Positions 40,936 through 53,600 of a DNA stretch of 64,000 bases are shown one piece after another. The translations under genes were made by a program, and so were the position numbers. Position 1 is the first letter of the stretch; every line of letters starts with the position of its first letter. The notes under the pieces were generated by a model. It saw only the letters and a program-made list of their open reading frames with translations, had not been told where the DNA came from and made no database searches. Source of the DNA: Protoeuglena noctilucae (Eukaryota); contig OY253672.1 in assembly GCA_958009085.1 (NCBI GenBank), positions 1 through 64,000 of the forward strand, written 5' to 3'.

Positions 40936-41226
40936 GAACCTGCAAGAGATGCACAGGGACGCATGGTCGCCATCATGCTGGGTGTTCCAGGCAATGGGTG
41001 AAAGGCCGGACCACCCCCTGCGTACCTGGACGCAGCCCATGGCACCGATGGCAGTAGCAAAGCAAGTCCCAAACCGCTTTCACCACACGCGTCAACACAC
41101 GCACACGTCAACACCCGCCTCGCCCATGCCCTGCCTCCCGCAGCGTCCCTCACTTGGAGTCATTTGCGGCCCGCAGCATGCCGGCCACGCTCGTCCGGTC
41201 CCCCGGTCGCTCCCTCAGCGCCCCTG
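40936..41226 (-). repeat. Inverted duplicate of the kinase 3' end plus its last intron (partner copy at 39626-39942)
   Basis: The reverse complement of 41101-41226 is nearly identical to 39626-39750, and that of 40936-41007 matches ~39869-39942. Confidence 0.92.
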
Positions 41227-41525
41227 ACGCGCGCACTGCGCTTGCTGCGATGCTCTAGCCTCCACCGTTGCCGAGGTCCTTGGTCAGTCGCAGGACAGCT
41301 CTTGAGCAGGTGTCCATGCCCACGTCACCTCAGGGAGGGTAACGTACGGCCGTGCAAGTCAGCACACGTGCCTGTCGCCACTCTGCCCCCGTCAGCGTTT
41401 CCTGGGGAGAGGGTGGGGCGCTCAGGTGAGGTCCACCGAGCCACACCCGGGGCAGGTACGTCTGCAACATGCCTGGTGCAGTGCAGTGCAGTGCAGGGCA
41501 TGAGGGCGGCGTGTGCCATCCTCGC

Positions 41526-43177
41526 TCACCCCAGACTCGCCACCCTGTCTCGCAGGGACCCACGCCGGGCCTGGCGACCCCTCACGGCACCCTGCCCGGT
41601 CTCCTCTCGCCGCCGCTTCTTCCGCGCCGGCCCCGCACCAGCCCCGTCCCTCGGGCCCGCTGTTAGGAGCCCGTGCACGGCAAAGCCCTCATCGCCCAGG
41701 GCGAGCAGCGAAGGGGGCGCCGCTTGCACCACACGACTCGCGTCGCCCTCTTCAGTGTCCCCTGCGAGGCACCACCAACTGATATCGCCGTGCCTGCCAT
41801 CGTGACATGAGAGGTGTCAATGTGCAGCAACAGCCGGCCCCTCAGCGAGGTCCTCGATCATCACCAGCTCAGCGTCCATGCCACGCGCCGTCTCCGCGTC
41901 TGGTGGCTCTGCACACGTGGGCAGGGGGCGCCGGTGCTCTTGGATGCAATGGCACCAGGGCTGGTACCACGCACAGCCAGCCACCGCACCGCCGCACCTT
42001 CCCCTGCGCTGCTCGCAGCCGCCTCCTTGGCTCCCCGGCCAGCTGAGTCGTCGACCTCTGGGATGCGTGTTGCGCCCACCGTGCCGCACGCGACCGCCTG
42101 CGGGGCAGTGGCAGCCAGGGCGGTGAGACGGGGCGCCTGGCTCATGCGACGCTGGTCAGCCGAGCGCCGCCCCTCACCCGTGGCACGCCGCTGGGCCAGG
42201 CGACGAGGAAAGTGCGGGGCAGCGGTGCCACGCGGGGCGGCCTGGCGTCGGCCCCCGTGCACGCCAGCCACGGGGTGGGCACGGCCCGAGGCTCGTGGCG
42301 GGCGTGCGTCCGCGTGGATGACGGCGGCAGCGACTCCAGGACGCGGGCCAGGGCGTTGTACGCGTCTGCGATGGCCGCGGTGCGTGCGGAGAGGAGGGCA
42401 CGCAGGCGGGCGCAGATGCTGAGGACCACGACGCCCAGGGGCAGGAAGAAGCCCATGGACAGATGGCCGCTGACGTCGAGCGCGGCCGACTCCGCATCTG
42501 CGGACGGGGGAGGCACACGTGCGAACGAAGCCGCGTGTGCGGGGCATGCAAGCACAGGGTGCGGCCACGTGCCTTGGATGGCCGCCGTGCACGTGTGCGC
42601 CCCGGCCAGCAGTCGCCGGAGGGCGAGTGCGCACGCGTCGCTTGAGGGACAGGCCCCCTGCGCCCCTGCTGCGTCCCTCAGGTCGGCCAGGACTGCGGGC
42701 AACTGCAGCCGGCTGAGGCGCGTGAGGTGCCGGGCGCAGCGCTCCAAGTTCCGCAGGTACCCGGTTCGCCTGTGCTGGTTCCTGGGAGCAGAGGCCGGTC
42801 GGCGGGCGGTCCGCACGTCCGCACGCAGCCGCCCTTGGCAGCAACGTGGGGCAGCATCTCTCCGTTGCCCCTCACCGGTTCTTGTAGATCACGCGGAAGA
42901 GCAGAGCGGCCTCAACGCGCAACTCTTGCGACCCCAGCGCATTTTCCAACGAACGCAAGTCCAATCCAACGACGAGGCCCCTGCGGGGAGAGCGCGATGT
43001 GCATGAGACGACCGGCGCGCTGCCCGCCTCGCCTATCTCGCTCCGATGGCGCGTCACGCCCGCCGGAGATTGCTGTCGTTGAATATCATGCGGCGCTGCG
43101 ACGCACCTCGCGGCTTCCGCTCGCGGCCCGGCGACAGCCTCCTTCAAGGGCCCCGGGAGGCCCCCAGGCGCAGCCAT
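41526..43177 (-). CDS. NEPRO/RMP64-like (DUF4477) protein; 3' end uncertain
   Basis: ELRVEAALLFRVIYKNR|NQHRRTGYLRNLERCARHL...HLSMGFFLPLGVVVLSICARLRALL resembles the DUF4477 signature. Basic KKRRR NLS-like motif near the C-terminus. Confidence 0.7.
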
Positions 43178-43800
43178 GCGGCAGAAAGGCCGGCTGCGCT
43201 CGACCCGCCGAGTCGCTGTCAAGGCACTCGACCGAAGCGTGGAGACGAGCGGCGTTCCCGAGCAACTCTCAAGCACCCTTCTGGCGAATGAGCGACACGC
43301 AAGCAAAATTACTGCAAATGAAGGGGCGCTGGCGGGCCTTGGCGTAGCATAAAGGCGATATTGGGTAGACGCCGTGCAGGGTAGTCAGCTGGCTGCAAAA
43401 TGTGGAAGATCGCGCTCAGGCGGGGGGGGCAGGGCGTGGAGAGCTGCGCTGCAGCAGCCCTCCGCAACGGCCTCTGGGTGAGCTGGCGCAATCACCATTC
43501 GTGGCCATGACAACCCATACTGCGCAGTGGCGCTCCCCGGATGGCCCGCGCCACCCCAATAGCGTTGCATGCGCAGGTGTGGGGCGGCAGCGAATTTGGC
43601 GCCGTCAGCTCGGGTGGGCATGGCGGCACGGAGCCCGCCCTTCGATCTGTATCATCGACCGCTGTGGCAGCAACGACGTTCCAGTTCGATCACACCGTCG
43701 CCGAGGTAGGAAGGCGTTGCCCAGCTCGGCAAGCGCCGCACCAAGCTGTAATGTCGGGGTGCAACGTGGCTCTCTGCCATCGCAGTGCCTAAAGAAAGTC

Positions 43801-45149
43801 ATGGATTTTGAGAAAGACCACGTCGCGCCCGCCGTGCTCCGAGGACCCCCGCCCCATGGCTTCCGCATGGGCCCCAGGCGAGTGTGTCGCCCTCTGCCGA
43901 TCCCAATGCCCTGGCCTGTCTCTATTGACCAACGCCGTCTCAGACCCAGACCCCAGCCCCGTCCCAGCTACGACTACAAGTGCCACATCACGTTGGAGCG
44001 GGTGCATGAGGGCGAGACCATCCGCATCGAGGTGGCTGCGAACAGGTGACGCATCGATGCAGTCGACGATGTGAGGCGGGGCGTGCCGGCTCGCAGAGAT
44101 CACGGACACATCCTGGCAGTTCAGGGAACCATGCACGCGGGCCCGGGGGAGGCTCAGTCGCGTACGTGGGATGTACTGCGACAGGCGATGTCCCCTGGCG
44201 CTCGCAGCCCCGACGTCGAGGAGTGGGGTCGCAAGGCTGCCCTGAAGGACTGGGTGCCGCGGGAGCCGCGCGTGCGGCGTCTCAAGTGCACGTACCCCTT
44301 TGCAGTCACCGTGGAGAGGGGCGGGTGGGCCGTGCGCCTTCGCTGTCGGATGGACCCAGTCGCGCTGACGTTCCAGGTAGGCTCGGCCAGGGTCGTGAGC
44401 GAGGGGGAGGGCGTGAGCCCGCAGGGCGGGCCCGGGCTGCTGGGGGAGGGGTGTCGGCCCCCTCGCAGCAGCCATGAAGCCCTCGACGTCAGCGGAGGCG
44501 CTTGCCGACCAGACGGGACATCGGGTGCTGCCCCGGTACCGCAGCGGGAGAGGGGCGCGGACACCGAGGGCGCGCCAGCCATGGTCGCGTCCTCTCCCAA
44601 CCGCCTGGCGGTGTCGGGGCTGCAGGCGAGGGAGCGGGGGCACGCGGCGGCTGGAGCCTGTGTGGGCCGTGGATGGGGGGCACGTGTGACACAACCTCCA
44701 CCCCAGCGTCGCGCGCAGGCTCGGCGGCGGCGTCCGCGGCCGTCGCAGGAGACGAGGGCGGCGCTTGGGGAGTGGCTCGCGGCGCGGGGCCTGGACTGCG
44801 ACGTCCTCGGGTACCTGGTGTCCGCCGTCTTCGACCGAGAGCAGGTCGAGTTCCAGAGGCGAGTGACGCGGCCCTGTAGTGCATGCGGCGCGGGTGGCCA
44901 GCGCGCAGCCGCAGGCGCGAGGCCGTCCCGGCATGGGAGCCGCCCGCTCGTCTTGTGCCGAGCTGGCAGACGGGCGCCCTCCTTGCTGGCTGCCGCAGGT
45001 ACCTCCTGCGCATGCAGGGCTTCGTCCTCTTCCACCCAGTGTGGGCAAAGCCGGCGCCCCTGCCGCTGCCGGGGGGCCTCCGCAGCGCCCTGAAGCTGCT
45101 GCGGGGTGGCAGCCCCGCACACAGCCCCAAGCTTCCCGCGAACAAATGA
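43801..45149 (+). CDS. MAM33/p32 mitochondrial glycoprotein-family-like protein, divergent
   Basis: HITLERVHEGETIRIEV, and ETRAALGEWLAARGLDCDVLGYLVSAVFDREQVEFQR|YLLRMQGFV, which resembles the MAM33 C-terminal helix pattern (L..YL..RGID...KEQ.EY..WL.....FV). Confidence 0.6.
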
Positions 45150-45331
45150 TGTTTGTTTGTGATTGTATTGCCCTCGAGGAAGACGAAGGGGCGCTCGAGC
45201 GTGGGGGGTCTTTGCACCCCGGACTGCGGTACGCTGGATGAGTTGCGCCGCTACTCGAGCTCTCTGCCCGCGAGATCGCCCGTGACGCCTCGATCCGGAC
45301 AGCCGCGACGCCCGGCCGCTTAGGAGGGACC

Positions 45332-46189
45332 ATGATCACGGTCAAGGTGAGCATGGCGATCGTTGAAGCGTCTCCCGTCCTCAGCCAGGTCGGGGGGTCC
45401 CCTGCGCGTGCCTCGCGCCGCGGCGGTGTCCGCGACCGTTCGGCTGCTGCTGTGGGTTCCGGTGGCGACGCCGGCGCCGTCCTGCCTCGCGCGCAGGTGC
45501 AGCCGCGCGTGCAGAAGGAGAGGTGGTCCCTGTACTGGAAGGAGTCCATGAGGTGGGGGCCTGGGCCGGGCAGGGCTAGCAAGGCCGCGTCCGTGCCTGG
45601 GCCTTGTTTGGGCCGCTGCGGCATGTGGCCGGGGATGGGCACGTGGCGGTCGTCTCAGTGGTGTCTGTCCATGTCCGCAGCACCGCCACGGAGTGCCTCG
45701 ACGCCCTGGATGTCGACATCGACCCCCAGGGATCCGGTGCGCAGAGCACGACAAGCATGCAGCCACGCTCCGTGCACGCTGTGCCCTGCCCCGCGGCCTG
45801 CATCCCCGACCCTCTCCGCGACCCCTCCGCGCAGTGGAGGACCTGAATCGCCGCGTGGCGGAGAAGATGGGGTGGCCGCCGGTGGAGTCCTTGCTGCGGC
45901 TGGCGGGGTTCGAGGAGTCGTGGGAGCTGACCGTGCACGAGGGCAAGGTGACTGCGGAGGAGCCAGAGGGCAGAACGGAGCTGAGGGGAGTTGAAGTGGA
46001 GCCTGGTCCGCCTATGTCGGGTGCCTCTCTTGTGCGCAGAAGTGCCCTCTCGACCGCCCCCTGGAGACGTGTGGCATCCGGGCGGGGTCGCGCGTCACGG
46101 TGGTGCGCAAGGTGCTGTACGCGGACGGGTGGAAGATCAACCCTGACGTCGAGGACGTGGACTCTTCCGACGAGGAGGACGACTTTTGA
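45332..46189 (+). CDS. Small ubiquitin-like-domain protein with an acidic tail (5 exons)
   Basis: Spliced MITVK|VQPRVQKERWSLYWKESMS|TATECLDALDVDIDPQGS|VEDLNRRVAEKMGW...LTVHEGK|KCPLDRPLETCGIRAGSRVTVVRKVL...DSSDEEDDF*. The beta-grasp pattern (tV.dL...va...g, L...GI..gs.v.vv) is recognisable. Confidence 0.65.
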
Positions 46190-46484
46190 AAGCAGACGCC
46201 CTTCCATGATCAGTGACAGGGGTGGAAGAGGTAGTAGAGGCGTTGTGAGGCGACTGTGCAGGGCGGCCTATGTGGATGGCGATTCTGAGATGACGCGGGT
46301 CGGCACTTGTGCCAGGCATGGTGGCGGCGTGGCGAGGGGTTAGCGTTGCCACTGCATGACTCGGTTGAAAGGATGGCAAGCCCGCAGCAAGAGAGACGCA
46401 TTGCACGAGCGGCCGTTGCCCGCACCAATGCCAGATGCGCGGCCCAAGCCAGCCCAGCCCATGCCAGCCCAGTCATCGCCACGG

Positions 46485-47296
46485 TCACTTGGGGGGCGCG
46501 GGGGCCCCCGGGGGAGCGGGGGGGGGCGGGGGCTTGTCAACCTCCCAGTAGCTGATCTCGAGGGGCTTGTCCGAGATCTCCCACGGCTTCATCTCCCTCA
46601 TCTGCGCACGAGCTGGCAAGTCACCGTGGCTTGCTGCCAGAGCCCACCTCACGTGCGCAGGTTGAACCACGCAGGCAGCATGCACCTTGGGAATCAAGGC
46701 GAGGTGATTGCGTGCCGTCACGAGCACCTCCTCGAGCTGTCCCCGGCCGATCTGCGGCCACGGAACGCAGCAGCGACACGTGAAGGGGCCCGCCGCAGAC
46801 GCCCACGCCTGGCCCAATCCGAACACTGAAGGCCCCCGGCGCTCGCTCGCCTTGGCCTCGACGTCCGCGTCGTCCACGATCGACGGGTCCTCGCACACTT
46901 GCTTGATGTAGCCGAACAGGCGCTCGGTCTGCTGTCGGAAGCCCGCGTCGGCGGGGAGGTCCTGCACGCCCTTCAGAATGCTCCCGCACATGGCCACCAG
47001 GTTCGCCCGAGCCTGGGGATCCACCTCAACGCCGACGATCGCCGTCCTCGCCTTTGTGGAGAGCCCCGCCTGCAGCGGACGGAGCCCTTCACCATTTGCA
47101 GGCCTCCTGCCCCGAACCATCCCCGCCCACGCTGCCAGCGGGTGGAGAAGCGCACAAGGAACGCGCCATCCACCATCGGTGGGCATTAAGGCGACGAACA
47201 CGCGCTTGGGCGCGGGGCATCCTCGCGGACGCACTGCCTCACCCCCCCGGCTTGCCGAATGGGCGTCGCCAGCGCCCAGGCCACCCTCCTCAACAT
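46485..47296 (-). CDS. NDUFA5: NADH:ubiquinone oxidoreductase subunit NDUFA5 (B13)
   Basis: Presequence-like MLRRVAWALATPIRQ, then TAIVGVEVDPQARANL...LPADAGFRQQTE...VEAK|IGRGQLEEVLVTARNHLALIPK|MREMKPWE. Confidence 0.9.
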
Positions 47297-47666
47297 CCCT
47301 CGCGCGATGTGCTACGGACGGGCGCCGCAAGCGCGCAGTGTCCGGTGCCTGCTCGACCGAGGCACGTCCAAACACGTCCAGCGGGCGACTGCCCGAGCCA
47401 GTTCCCAGCGATCTTAGCAAATTGCCGCATGCATCATGCCCGAGAGTGCGATCAAGCACGAAGTGGGGAAACCCGCGCGCCGGAACTATGGCCACAGTTG
47501 CGGCAGCCGGGAGCGGCGTTGCCGGCAAGTCCTCGCTCGTTCAATTGTTGAGCAGGGCAAACTTTCTCTTGCCGTTGCGGGTTGCCCGCTTGACTAGGTG
47601 GCCTTTAAAGGCCCGCTGCGGCGCTAGCCTGGGAAACTGGGGCTGTAAAATGGATCAGTTGCATCG

Positions 47667-50600
47667 ATGACGTACGACCGAATGAAGAAAGGCCAAGGGC
47701 GGGACCTCTCCGCCCCCGTGAAGGTGCGCACAGCGCACGCGGGCTCCCATTTCGAGCGATGGACGCTCCTGGGGACGATACGGCTCCTTTCGCACCCAAT
47801 ATTCCTGTCCCATGCTCTATGCGGCCTTAGATTTCGCTGGCTGCACGCCGGCGGGGCTCCCCGCAAAGGTCGGCATGGCGCCCCTGTGCGACATCCCCCT
47901 GTCCCTGGCCCGGCGCTCGCGACGCCCGGCCTGGCTCTGACGCATGTTGTGCGAGCGCTGCGTGTTGCCGGATGAAAGGCCCGCAAGCGTGCGTGGAATG
48001 CGGGGTCCGTCTTTGATACGGGGTGCCTTCGCGCTCCAAACGACGCTGCACGTCATGCCGCCGGGTGGCGAGCCGTTCCCTAATCAGCTTTCTATCCATT
48101 CATGGTTTCTCAAGCGAGCCTGCGGGTTCCGCCGGGCCCCAGGGCCCGCCATTCGCCTGCATGTCATGAACGCTGCGGATGGGGCTCGCGTCCCGGCGCC
48201 GCGTGCAACGCGCGCGACTCGCACACCGCGCGACGCTTCGCAGATCCGGCTGCCGAAGGCCTTCCAGGTTTCTGCGAGGACGGGGGCCAATGGTCTGGGA
48301 AAGGACACCAGCACGCAGGCGGACGGCACTGTGGCTCCGAAAGCGTTCCCGAAGGTGAGTCGTCGATGGAAAGCGAGCGTCGATTGTTGGTTTCGTTGTT
48401 TTCGACGCTGAGACGCCTGCGCGGGTGCCCCGCAGGGGGAGCTCGACGTGCCCTCGCGTCCCACCAGCGCCGGCAGCGTCGGGTCCGCGGCGGTGGAGCT
48501 GCCGCCGATCAAGGCGCAGGCCAAGGTGCATCCCGCCTTCCGCGTCCCGCCTCCTCTCTCCCCCGTCCGCCTCGACCGCGAGGAGCGCCCACACCGCGCG
48601 CCCCTCTGGTACAATGCCACCGCCTCGGGGAGCTTCCCCCCCCGGCCGCACCTGGTCGTGGAGTCCTCGGAGCCGGTGCTGGAGGTGGTGCCGCAGGGGG
48701 AGATCGTCGTCATCGCCGGGGCCTTCGACTGGGTGCCCCCCCGGGGGGACTTGAGGTGGGGATGGGCGCCTGCCGTGGCGGGTGCGCGGCCATGCATATG
48801 GTGCGGGAGGACACTCCGCGTGCGAGACGGCGAGACCTCCCTCTCACCCGCAGTTCCCGCCGCCCTCTTCTGGACGAGTTCAAGAGCACCTCGAGCGGTG
48901 TGTCGCAGCCCCTGGAGGCGTACGACCCGGCGGACAGCGACGCGGGGATGATCGGGGAGGCGCGGGCGGAGGGGCTGCCGGGCGCCCGCGCGCGCGCCCG
49001 GTACTTCACCAACGACGGCTCCTTCTACTGGGCGCCGTGCTTTGTGCTGTCGCACGACCCCGCGACGCGCCTGTTCAACATCCAGTGGGAGCACACGGGC
49101 AAGTTCAAGGAGGTCAAGCGCCTGAACCTGTGCTTCGACGTCGAGGCCCCCGAGGCCCTCTCCGCCCGCATCCGCGCCGCCCGCCGCGAGAAGGAGGAGG
49201 CCGAGGCGCGGGCGCGGTACCAGCAGTACCTGGACTCGATCCCCTTCGAGCACCGCGACATCATGGACGAGGCCTTCGAGCACCGCGTCATGTTCCTGGC
49301 CAACTGGGACCTCGCCGCGCGCCTGCCTAGTGTCGTGGCGCGGTGCATGGCAGACCTGCGCTCCGTGTACGTCACGGCCATCAAGGAGTCGGTGATCCGG
49401 CACAAGATGGCGCACCCGGAGCAGAGGAGGGAACTGGAGGGGATGCAGGGGCTGCCGCCGCCCGCCTCGGCGCCGCCCGTCCCCGCCACGGGATGCGCGC
49501 CGGTGAGGGTGGCACTGAGGGTGGCACGGCAGGCTATGCTCAACGCCGCAGCTGCGGCCGCGTTCCCTTCGCTCACACTGCGCCTGTCCTCGCTCGCAGA
49601 TCGAGGACGCGAGCGGGCAGCCAATGGAGGGGTCGGTGCACATCACGGACGTGCGTGGGGACGTGCACGCCGAGCGCCTGGCCCGGGAGCCCTTCGAGGG
49701 CCTGCAGGCGGACGTGCGGTCGTTCCTGCCCCAAGCGCACCCCGTGTACTTGCGCGGCCTCCAGGCCTTCCACCGCGACCTGGACATTTCCGGGGACCTG
49801 CTCCTGGACACGAGCTTGGTGCTGCTGGACCTGCCGGCGTCGCTGGACGACTTGCAGGAGCACCTCGTGAGGAGCACGCAGGAGGCGGCGGAGAGCCTCA
49901 AGAGCACGTGGGTGCTGCGGGTGCTGAAGGAGCTCGACGACGTGGCGGGGGCACTGAGGCCGTCGGGTGAGGGGGGAGGGGTGGGGTGTGCGCTGTGGCC
50001 CTAACACGCGTCCGGCCCGGTTCAGTAAGCGACGCCCGCACTCGTCACCGCCGCAGAGGGCATCCTGGCTTCGGACGACCTGGGCGGCCGCCGCGACACC
50101 TCCTCGGCCACGGCGGCCGTGGCGTCGTCGCCCCAGATGGCGCGGTTCGTCAAGATGGTGAGCCTGAAGATGGCCGACCAGCTGCAGGTGGCGACGGTGG
50201 AGTCCGCGGCCGCCTTCGTGGGCGTGTTCCGCCGCTATGACTTCGCGGAGGGGTCGCGGGGGGCGGGGGCGGGGCGGCCGGCCGACGCGATGGGCAAGTG
50301 GGGCGCGGACCTGTTCACGTCCGTGCCGACGCAACTCCTCTGGGTGGAGCTGCGGTTCAACGAGGAGGAGCGGTCGCTGGGACTGGACCCCGCCCCCGAG
50401 GAGGTGGTGGACAAGGTGCTGCTGGCGTTTGACGAGATCCTGGTGCAGAGCGAGGGGGTGGAGGACGTGTCGGCCAAGCTCTCCCTCAGCATGCAGGACA
50501 AGACGCTGCCGACGGGTGAGGGGTCACCTTGACGCTTGTTCTGTGCCTGGACGCTTGCCCATTATGCATCGACGCCTGCCCCGTGCCCCTCGCCACAGTC

Positions 50601-53600
50601 CACCCCAACGACCCCCGCGTGGCGGATCTGAAGGAGGACCTCCTGCGCGTGTTGCGCAAGAACCTGGAGGGCCCCCTGGATCTGCTCGACTCCTTCGGGG
50701 AGCTGGCAGGGCTGGTGGAGGCGGACGAGGGGGAGGTGCTGGACGCGTGGCGGGCGGGGGAGCATAGCTTGCAGGAGTCGCTGGCGGAGGTGCACAAGTA
50801 CGCAGCCATGGCGCAGAGGGTGTTTGACAAGTGAGGGGCGGGGAGTGTGGGGGTAGATACACGCTTGCGACACGCTTGTTGCACGCTTGCGACATGCTTG
50901 CGACGTGCTTGTGACACGCTTGCGACCTGTGGCGTGTCGTGAGAGTTACTACCTAACCCCTCCCCGCGCAGGTGCGAGGCCATGGTCAACTTCGCCATGG
51001 TAACGGTGGACTGCACGCGCGCCAAGCGTGCCCTGGAGGGCAAGGCCTGGCGCATCCGGGGCGGTCTGCTGGAGGAGATGGCCAGGCGATGGGCCGAGGC
51101 CAATGCGGCCACGAAGGAGCAGTACGACCACATGTGCGAGACGCTGAGCGGGGAGCCGGACAGCCCCGAGACACTCGACGAGGTGAGACGGGGGGGGGGG
51201 GAAGGGGGAAGGGGGGGTGCCACCGGCAGAGTGGCACACGGGGCATGATAGGGGAGGGGGTTGCTGACCAGCAGAGTGGCACGTGGGCGATGCTCTGTGA
51301 TGCTCTCGTGGACGGAAGCATTGCTGCCTGCGACTCGTCTCGCCATAGCATCCCCGTACCTTCGTTCCCGCAGCTGAACCGCTTCCTGGACCAGTCCGAG
51401 AGCCAGCTGGAGTCCTTAGAGGCCCGCATCGTGGAGGCAGAGGACACGTACGACGCGCTGTCGCAGGAGATGCACGTGGTGGGGGACGAGCAGATGGCGC
51501 TGTACTGGGACCTGCTGCACTGCCCGGCGAGGCTGACGGAGGTGGTGGTGGCGTGGAAGCGGCGCGCGGGGGCGGCGCGGGTGCTGTACATGGACCAGCT
51601 GCGGGACGACCAGGCCAAGCTGGCCGTGGCGGTGGAGGCGCTGGAGAGGGAGGTGCACGACTTCGTCAAGCTGGGGGACCTGTCGGCCGTCGAGGACAGG
51701 CACCTGCAGGTGAGGCACTGGGGGGGGAGGGGGGCAGCTGGATGCACGGGATGGGGGATAGGGGCAGCTGTGTGGGGAGGGTAGCAGGGCAGCCTGCCTG
51801 GCCTCATCTAGGAGGCCATCTAGCTTGTCTCTCTGCTCCTCATCAACAGCAACCCCCCCCGCCCTCTCCCCCCAGGTCCTGGACATCCAGGCGAGCCTGC
51901 AGAACCTCCGCGCCCAGGCGGACAAGTACCGTGCCCGCGAGCAGATCTTTAGTTTAAAGGAGACGGAGTGGCCGGTGCTGGACGCCATTCAGAAGGAGTT
52001 CGAGCCGACGGCCAAGCTGTGGGAGCTGTGCGCTTCCTTCACGCGGGAGCTGCCCGACTGGCGCGACGGGCCCTTCAAGGAGGTCAAGGCCGAGCTGGTG
52101 GCGGCCAAGGTGGACGAGTGAGTGGCATGGAGTGGGTGGATGCGTGTGTGTGTGTGGTGGTAGGGCACACATGTTGCAATCATGCAGGGACTGACTGCAC
52201 TGCCTCACTGCCTGCGTTGCCTCACTGCCTTACTGCCTCCCCCCTCCCCAGGTGGTACCGTGCGTCGGGCAAGCTGACCAAGCAGCTGGTGGGCCCCCCC
52301 GCGAGCGTGGTGCTGGAGACGCGGAAGCTCCTGGAGGAGTTCATGGAGCGCATCCCCCTCATCACGGCCCTGTGCAACCCGGGCATGCAGCCACGGCACT
52401 GGAAGGAGATCTCGCGCCTCGTCGGTGAGAGCCTGGGCTGAGTGGGGGCACGCGCATGCAATTAGGGGCAGCCCGGCCGCACACGTGCGATGGGGTTTCG
52501 TGTCGAGGGTGGCAGCAGTTCAGTTGGTGGCGTGAGATTGCCTCGTCGCTCATTACATGTGGTTGCTTTTGTGCTCACTGCGTGTGCATCCCCCCTACCC
52601 CCGCAGGCCAGGAGGTGCGCATGGACGACGAGCTGACCCTGTCGGCCGCGCTGGCCATGGGCCTGGGGTCCCACATCGACGCCATCCAGGAGGTGTCGGA
52701 GATGGCGAGCAAGGAGTACTCGCTGGAGAAGGCGCTGCACAAGATGGAGCTGGAGTGGCGCGACGTGGCGTTCGAGTTCGGGAAGTGGCGCGACACGGGC
52801 ACCTACAAGCTGCGCGCGCTGGACGACATCCAGATGCTCCTGGACGACCACATCGTCAAGACGCAGTCGATGCGCGCCAGCCCCTACATCGGCCCCCACG
52901 AGGACGCCGTGAAGCTGTGGGAGGAGAAGCTCTCGCTGGCCCAGGAGATCCTCGACCAGTGGGTGCGGTGCCAGGACGGGTGGCTGTACCTGGAGCCCAT
53001 CTTCAGCTCCGAGGACATCATGCAGCAGATGCCCACGGAGGGCGCCAAGTTCCGCTCGGTCGACGCAACCTGGCGCGAAATCATGGACAAGGCCGTCAAG
53101 TCGCCCGAGGTGCTGGCGGTGACGGGGGACCCGGAGCTGCTCGCGGCGCTGCTGGAGGCCAACCAGCTGCTGGAGCAGGTGCAGAAGGGGCTGAACGAGT
53201 ACCTGGAGACCAAGCGCGTCGCCTTCCCCCGCTTCTACTTCCTGGCGGACCCGGAGCTGCTGGCCATCCTGAGCGAGACCAAGGACCCCACGCGCGTGCA
53301 GCCGTACATGTCCAAATGCTTCGAGGGCATCCAGGCCCTCGACTTCGACGCCCGCATGGTCGTGCGCGCCATGGTCAGCGCCGAGGGGGAGCGCGTCCCC
53401 TTGGACGCCTTCGAGCCGGCCAAGGCCAACGGGGCGGTGGAGAAGTGGCTGATCGAGTGCGAGGCGGCGATGAAGGCCGCCGTGAAGCGCGAGATGCTCC
53501 GGGCGACCGAGGACTACGAGGCCACCGAGCGCACCGCCTGGGTGCTGCAGTGGCCGGGGCAGGTGGTGCTGGGGGTGGACTGCGTGTTCTGGACCCAGGA

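Noticed and set aside
50859..50927. Regular short repeats resembling a CRISPR array
   Set aside because: No unique spacers. This is an intronic minisatellite in a eukaryote, as are the repeats at ~33463-33505, ~61490-61560 and ~17150-17176.
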